This document shows positions 9,736 through 15,927 of a stretch of 15,927 nt of DNA, in pieces. The stretch comes from Rhodospirillales bacterium (lineage in GTDB: Bacteria; Pseudomonadota; Alphaproteobacteria; Bin95). The stretch spans positions 1 through 15,927 of the forward strand of contig JAYQLI010000019.1 of the NCBI GenBank assembly GCA_038143065.1, in the 5' to 3' direction. The position numbers were made by a program, and so were the translations under genes. Every line of letters begins with the position of its first letter. Position 1 is the first letter of the stretch. The notes beneath the pieces are model-generated. The model was given only the letters and a program-made list of their open reading frames with translations. It searched no databases and was not told where the DNA came from.

Positions 9736-11903
9736 GAAGAACTGCTCCGTTCATTGGCCTGTCGCTGTAATTCTTCAAACACCTGGTCTTTCGGCCCATC
9801 AATAACAAGACGTCCAGCCTCCATAATTATGACACGGTTTATGTGTCGCATTGAGTTAGTTTTTATGCGTCGCCATGATAATCACAGCATCCTTATCAGC
9901 AGCCCCGAACAGGCCATCCATCACCAACGTCTCGAGTTGCCCATCCATTGAAGCAGTAGGCTCATCGAGTAAAAGCAATTGTGGCTTTGCCAAAATTAAA
10001 CGCGTAAGCCCTACCAACTGCCGTTGGCCGCCCGATAAACCCTTGCCACCTTCAGAAATCATAATATCGAGCCCCTTAGGATGCGCTTTTATCGCGCGAT
10101 CCAAGCCGGTTTTAGCCGCTGCATCGAAAATTTGGCTGTCGCTGACTACTGGCAAACCAAGAACAAGATTTTCTCGAAGGGTTCCATTGAACAAACGCAC
10201 CTCTTGGGGAAGATAACCAATTTGCTCGCGCAAAAATTCGACGGCAACGTGTTGCATATCGATACCGTCTAGAAATGCTTTACCAGTCTGTGGGCGATAT
10301 AAGCCAGCCAACAACTTCAATAGTGTCGATTTGCCAGAGCCGACCGAACCCAGTATGGCAATTCTATCGCCTGGCCTGACATCGAGGTCCTTAACCTCAA
10401 TTGGGGGCGAATTTACTTCATATGAAAACGTGATGTCAGATAATTCTATCCGGCCATGGCACTTCTCAGGGACAATATTCCTCTCCACATTATGCTCACT
10501 TGGCATAGCCATAATGCCATCGAGAACCTTCAGGGCAATCTGCGCGTGTTTCCATTGTACAATCAAATTAGGGATTTGCGCGAGAGGTGTGAGCGCTCGA
10601 CCTGAGATAATCGAGCATGCGATCAAGCCACCCATTGTCAGGTTACCTTGAGAGATTGCATAAGCGCCGGTTGCAATAATTCCTACATAGCTCAATTGCT
10701 GTACTGATTGCACAGAGCTTGTTGAAATTGTGGTTAACAATTTCGTTTTAATTTCGGTATTGCTTATCCTCAACGTCAGCTTGCGCCAGCGGTCTTTTAT
10801 TTTCCATTCCGCCGCAACAGCTTTCACTGACTCAATACCATCAATTGCTTCGATTAAAAGCCCATTCTTTTCATTAGAAGCTTCCATATTCTCAGCCGTA
10901 TATTGCTCTACCCTCCCCAGCATTGAAATACCGACAAGCAATCCGAAGAGCATAAGAAAAAGCGGAACTAAAGCGACCGGTCCGGCCAAGAGATATATGA
11001 CGAAGATAAAAAAGAGAGCAAAAGGAGCATCCGCTAAAATAAACAGAGTGGTCGAGGTCATAAAGTTTCGCACAGATTCAAAATGTCTAATTTGCGCAGC
11101 AAATGTGCCGACCGTGCGCGGGCGCGACTCGGCTCTAATATCCAGTGCCTTGGCAAAAAAAACATCCGACAATTCAACATCGATAGCTTTGCTGGCGCGA
11201 TCCACCATTTGGGCACGGACTAGCTTCATAGCAAACTCAAAGATTATCGCCAAAAGAACGCCCAGTGTTAGAACCCATAAGGTACTAAATCCATTGGTTG
11301 GGACAACCCGGTCATAGACCTGCATTGTATAAAGAGCTGAAGTGAGACCGAAAACACTCACCATAAAGGTGCCGAGAACTGCCTCAATGAAGACTGCTTT
11401 ACGTTTTCTTATTGCTTGAAAAAACCAATCTTTGGCGCTGTAGCCTTGCTCTTCTTCGTTGAGGGCATCAGATTGCCCCACAACAAGCTTTACTGTCTGC
11501 CCCTCTGCAATTCGGTTTGGCGGGAGATATTCTGACACGCCATGGGCACTTTCGACCAAGAACCCTTGATTTTGAATCCACGGATAATCTTCGCTTCAAA
11601 GCCTTGCGCTGTTTTCAACACCCAAAGCAAAGGGAGGTCAGGTTTTCCTACTTTGGTGATATCAATGATAAATGCTTCGCCGTCTAAAAAGCGAGATTTC
11701 CAGAGTTCAATAGCTTGGTTAGCTGGATCAAGATGAGCAAGCTCCACACCATCAGCATTTGTTTCCGGAAAAGCAAAGCGGTGAACCGGAACTGCCACCC
11801 TTGCCAAAGCGGATATTCGGACCAACAAAGGCGCAAGCGCTCCCTCCACACCATCGTCGGACTGAGTTTCATCCTCACTAATGTGTTGATTATTACTCAC
11901 CAT
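9732..11903 (-). CDS. Type I secretion ABC transporter (permease/ATPase, LssB/LapB-like); frameshifted near both ends
   Basis: MQVYDRVVP, TM domain, Walker A GSVGSGKST, Q-loop YLPQE, signature LSGGQRQ, Walker B LLLLDEPT and H-loop ATH. It continues after a shift as RVIIMEAGRLVIDGPKDQV to TGA at 9732. The N-terminal extension (11490-11903 ORF) sits where a C39-like domain usually is. Confidence 0.95.
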
Positions 11904-13216
11904 CTGATCCCACTGTGCCGCTGTTCAACTCACCAACAAAAATTTTTAATTTAAACGATGTTAGGGTCTGTATAGCTTGATGGTCTGTGAGAGCATACCG
12001 AGCCTGCACCAGCTCTCTTTGAGCGTTCAGAACATCGAGCCATGATTTCCGGCCAACCGTATACTGCCGCAAATAAGAACCAACAACCTGCGAGGTGGAG
12101 TCTACCAAAAGCTGTGTCGGAGACAATTGCAATCTGGCCGCTGAGTATTCTCTCCAAGTGACTTTCACCTGTCGGCGCGTTTCACGCTCTAAAGCACGAA
12201 GGGTCTCGTTTAACGCACTTTTCTTCGCTTGACTTACGTGTATAGATGAGCGCGTCGACAAGCCCGCCCCTGGTTGGAAGTCCAAACCTAAGAAAACCTG
12301 TTCATCATCTTGATCGATCGCCAAATCGCCGTAGCGCTTCTCGTAACCGAGGGATATTTGCGGATATAAAGCAGACTTAGCAACCTTTTCCTCCGACTTC
12401 AGACCAGCAATCTCTGACCTCATTTTTCGAATTGGCGGAGAAAAAATGGAGCGCCGCTTTTTCTGCTTCACCAAGAGAGAATTGGCTCATGTCCGCCGCT
12501 TGAGGTGCAGTAATATTATAAATGGGTCCGCCAATGAGCTGCTCTAGGTCGGCTTTAGCAACATCCAAAGCATTGGAGTTTTGAAGCAACTGAGATCTGG
12601 AAAAAGCCAGTCTTGCATTCGCTAATCGCAGGTCAACCTGAGGGCTAGTTGCCGCACCCACGCGCCGTTCGATAATTTTATAAAGGCGCTCATGCTCTTC
12701 AACATTACTGAGGGAAATAGCAACTTTTAACTTTGCACGATGCATATCGATAAAGCTGCGAGCGGCATCCAAGAGCACGGCCTGCTCTGTCTCAATTAGC
12801 GCCAATTTCGCTGCATCACGTTTGGCTTTGGCAACTCCAATGGCCCCCGTTATTTTGCCTCCAGTCCATATTGGCTGAGAAACTGATAAGACCTCCTGAT
12901 CAAGTGCCTCTTGCTCCCCATCTTTTCGAAATCAGCGAACGCTAAATCCTGCATTTGGGAACAGAGCCCAGCGGGCAGCGCTTAGGTCACCCTCTGCAGC
13001 CTGAAATTCTTGCTTTTTTGCCAGGATCAAGGGATGAGACTGGACCGAGAGGGCGAGCGTCTGATTCAATGTTAGAACCTGCGGAATTACTGCCTCTTTG
13101 GCATAGCTGGGCCAAGCCAACGCGACCAAAAAAATAGACGCTATGGCCTTTCTTACGGCATCATGCCTTGCCTTTCCCGAAAAATGAGCGGCGCTTATGG
13201 ACCTAATATCTCGCAT
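11893..13216 (-). CDS. Type I secretion outer membrane protein (TolC family, LapE-like); frameshifted
   Basis: Signal peptide ending SYA-K, SHPLI, ARWALFP, QPIWTGGK, LYPQISL and RQYTVGRKSWLDVLNAQREL. Its stop overlaps the ABC gene start. Confidence 0.92.
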
Positions 13217-13264
13217 TCAGTCGAGGTTATCCCTCAAAACAGGAAATATAACAATTACAAAGTA

Positions 13265-13299
13265 AATCAGGCGATGGAACAAAATTCCACCGCCTGATT
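13265..13299 (-). terminator. Intrinsic terminator or stem-loop after the secreted repeat-protein gene
   Basis: The minus strand reads AATCAGGCGGTGGAA-TTTTG-TTCCATCGCCTGATT (15-bp stem with one G-U pair), followed by TACTTT, about 60 nt after the stop codon. Confidence 0.75.
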
Positions 13300-13359
13300 A
13301 TTTCAAGGTCTAAATTCAAAAACGCTTACATATGCCTTTGAAGCGACCTACTAGACTAC

Positions 13360-15829
13360 TTAGGCAATGATGATTGCCGAAGCAAAGGTTACGTCATCAA
13401 TGAAGTACGTTTGCCCTGCCGCTGCATCATTAAGGTCACCAAAAACGGATGCTTTCACTATGTCTTGCTCCGCTAGGCTTTCCCCGCCTGTCAGACTTGA
13501 GCTAGGAGAAATCAAACGTTACATCATTCCATCCAGCATCGACGCTTTGTTCTAGCTGAACAGATCCAACTGAATTATCAGAGGGAGCGCCAAATCGCTC
13601 GAGCTTCAAAGTAATGTCCCCAGCTTGCTCAGCATAGACACGCATCGTTACTTCGCCCAGAGTTGACATCAAGTCATTCTCCGTATCGCCGTAATCCGCA
13701 ATGGTCACACCGGCCCAATCTTCAGCACCCGGCGGGCTTACCAATTTCGAGCATTTCTCGAACACCGGTATCGCCATCGGTCTGTGTTCCAAAGGTAGCT
13801 GTTGCATTGCCAAATACCGTCACGTCAGCCCCGGCATTGAACGAGTAAGTTTGCGTGGTAGCGTCGGAGCCAACCAAGTCCACATTTGGGAAAGCCAAAT
13901 CATCGATAAAGATGGTTTGACCGGCACCTGCATCAGTAAGGTCAACAAAAACAACGGCTTTCACAACATCTGCAGCAACCATGTCCTCACCGCCACCGAG
14001 TGACAGTCCTGTCAGAGCAAAGCTGAGGTCGTTCCAACCGGTTGTTACCGCTTGTGTTATCTCGACCGCTCCAACATTGGAACCATCTGTCGGTGCACCA
14101 TAGCGCTCAAGCTTCAGGGTCACGTCGCCGTCTTGCTCTGAATAGACACGCATTGTAATTGCATCGTCCAAGCTTGTCACAAGATCATCCTCTGTCACCA
14201 TAGTCGACGACTGTCACACCGGCCCAAGTTTCGACACCGTCACCAGTCGGCTTCTCAATGCGCAGCATTTCACGATCAGTTCCACCATCATCCTGGTTGC
14301 CGCGGCGCACAGTGGCACCGCCAAATGCAATCGCATCGGTGTTAAAATCGAGAACAAGCTCTGCAGCTTCCGGCTGGTCGGCAGTGTACGAACCCAGAGC
14401 CTCAGTTCCATTGTGGCCCGCACGAAGGGCTACGTTGTCAATATTGACTTCACCCGTATCACCGGCAAACTCAAAAATGCTCGCAGTTCAGGAGTGGTTG
14501 AAGGCGCTATCACCGCCATCTGCAGATGCTTTCAAGTGCACCACGATGTTCTGAGTTTCGCCGTTTACCGTGATTACTTTTTTGTGGTTAGCAAAGTCAT
14601 CACCGTTTTCGCCAATACCCGCGTTCAGGGTACGGCCAGCGCGACCAGATACATCAAAAGTTAGCGCGTAGTAATCTGCACCAGCTGTCCATATCGACGA
14701 CTTGCTGCATATTGACAGACCATGGTTCAGCTGTGTTGGCTGTTGGCGTATTTACTGCATTCTGACCGTTTGCGGGGTTGTAACCGTTGTTTGATCCTGT
14801 CCAAGTATCGGTGCCGTCAAAGGTGCCATCGTTAATCAGATTAGGCGCGGTGTAAGAACCTAACGCCTCAGTACCGGTGTGTCCCGCTTTCAGGGTTACA
14901 TTATCGATAGTCACCTCACCTGTGTCGCCAGCAAATTCAAAAAATGCTCGCAGCTCTGGGTGGTTGAAAGCGCTATCGCCGCCATCTGCAGATGCTTTCA
15001 AGTGCACCACGATGTTCTGAGTTTCGCCGTTTACCGTGATTACTTTTTGTGGTTAGCAAAGTCATCACCGTTTTCGCCAATACCCGCGTTCGGGGTACGG
15101 CCAGCGCGACCAGATACATCAAAAGTTAGCGTGTAGTCTGCACCCGCTTCCATATCGACGACTTGCTGCATATTGACAGACCATGGTTCAGCTGTGTTGG
15201 CTGTTTCGATTGTAACGGTGTTCGCCCCATTTGTTGGGCTATAGCCACTGGCAGCGCCAGTCCAAGCGTCGGTAGTGTCAAAAGTACCATCGGTAATCAG
15301 ATTCGGATTAACGATAGCCCGGAGTTTCAGGTCATCGCTATCGTCGTCGTCATCGTCGTCAACCGCAGCCGCGACTGCGGCTGCGCCCAATGTAGCAAGG
15401 GTAACCTTTGCAATAGTACTCAATCCGCCGACTGCAGAAGAGCTGCCACCTGATGCAGCTGCACCAAAAGTATACGAACTTTCCGTCTCCGATGAAGCCT
15501 CAACAAAGCCATAACTAGCAACGTCATCCGCGAAATGGGTGCTGTCGTTTTCACGACCCTCCTACCTCTTGATCAGGCCCTTGAACGCACTATTTGAATG
15601 CCGTCAAGGTCCTCATTATCGCGTTCCTCTTTTTTATCCCTCTTTTTGGAAAGCTCAATTTTTTCTTCAGCGACAGGTGTCTGGGTTGCTTCATTAGCAA
15701 CGACCCCATTAGTGTCGGTTTGAACGTTTAGGCCGTCCAAAAAGAGGCCGCAAGCTTTTCAGCATTTTCCGCTTTTTGATTTTTACCAGGCTTGTTTCCT
15801 GCTAACTCAGTTGTTTTACCTTCAGACAT
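13360..15829 (-). CDS. Probable T1SS-secreted multi-module carbohydrate-binding protein (about 820 aa: 2x CBM4-like plus 2x unassigned beta-sandwich); frameshifted
   Basis: ATG 15829 behind GAGGG and no Sec signal. Reads: charged N-region, GGLSTIAKVTLATLGAAAVAAAV-DDDDDDDSDD, two about 154-aa repeats (NLIxDGTFD..W..AEPWSVNMQQ..YxLTFD..IDNVxL), two about 170-aa repeats (KP..WAGVT..MRVY..TLKLE..GWND.xF..FIDD.xF), ending SAIIIA-stop (TAA 13360). It lies immediately upstream of the T1SS genes. Confidence 0.8.
13363..14375 (-). repeat. Intragenic tandem duplication B: two diverged modules of about 510 bp
   Basis: Shared peptides REML.I.KP, WAGVT, DYGDT, TMRVY.EQ.GD.TLKLER.GAP.D, GWND, SL.GGE, D.VKA.VF.DL.DA.AGQT.FIDD. 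The anchor atagacacgcat occurs at 13634 and 14142. Confidence 0.88.
14380..15306 (-). repeat. Intragenic tandem duplication A: two CBM4-like modules (14846-15306 and 14380-14845)
   Basis: Direct repeat with an offset of 461-466 bp. 14688-14744 is identical to 15149-15205, and 14513-14666 is near-identical to 14979-15131. Confidence 0.95.
15331..15360 (-). repeat. GAC/GAT codon run encoding poly-Asp (DDDDDDDSDD)
   Basis: Read directly; it follows the hydrophobic segment of the secreted protein. Confidence 0.85.
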
Positions 15830-15927
15830 TGTTTCCCTCACTCAAGATTTTAGCAATGTTCTTGCGTCCACTTCCCCCGCAAGAATTGTCCTTTAAAACT
15901 TCGAACACTCCGAAATAATAGAAATTT

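Noticed and set aside
8464-13216. Lower GC in the T1SS genes as evidence of separate acquisition
   Set aside because: This is only an impression from a few lines counted by eye. It needs a computed GC and codon-usage profile.
14380-15306. Long direct repeat as a CRISPR array or mobile-element ends
   Set aside because: The period is about 462 bp and it encodes protein domains. There is no short repeat-spacer pattern and no transposase or integrase.
599-15514. All + strand ORFs in the supplied track (e.g. 3581-4009, 5907-6536, 10730-11317, 13701-14003)
   Set aside because: They are antisense shadows of well-supported minus-strand genes and have no recognisable motifs.
8531-15829. RTX toxin or bacteriocin export system
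   Set aside because: No RTX nonapeptides, acyltransferase gene, double-glycine leader peptide or recognisable C39 catalytic motif was seen.
77-15829. Programmed frameshifting, phase variation or pseudogene calls
   Set aside because: The indels are too numerous and evenly spread, and most lie in short runs. Sequencing error is the simpler explanation.
15852-15870. Possible sigma54 promoter (TGG...TTGC) upstream of the secreted protein
   Set aside because: The GG-to-GC spacing is 13 nt rather than the required 10.

Overview
Apart from the last 20 codons of a + strand gene at 1-63 (probably thiC), every gene in this window is on the minus strand. They form two adjacent modules. (1) A compact proteobacterial beta-glucan (laminarin-type) utilization locus at 77-8352: TonB-dependent receptor, GH3 exo-beta-glucosidase, Na+/sugar symporter, a small exported hypothetical protein and a GH16 endo-beta-glucanase. 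It has two sigma70-like promoters, each overlapped by copies of a LacI-type operator (TGACAGCG...). (2) Directly upstream, a complete type I secretion system (TolC-like, ABC, HlyD; 8531-13216), preceded by its likely substrate (13360-15829). The substrate is about 820 aa with no signal peptide, no recognisable catalytic domain and no RTX repeats. It has a charged N-terminus, a hydrophobic Ala/Gly segment plus poly-Asp, two CBM4-like repeats and two repeats of a second beta-sandwich module. The most interesting hypothesis (inference) is a T1SS-exported glycan-capture protein serving a SusD-less TonB-dependent glucan uptake system. Almost every gene is split by small indels, many in homopolymers, which looks like unpolished long-read error. 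Gene boundaries were reconstructed by hand across frameshifts, and family calls come from motif recognition, not database searches.
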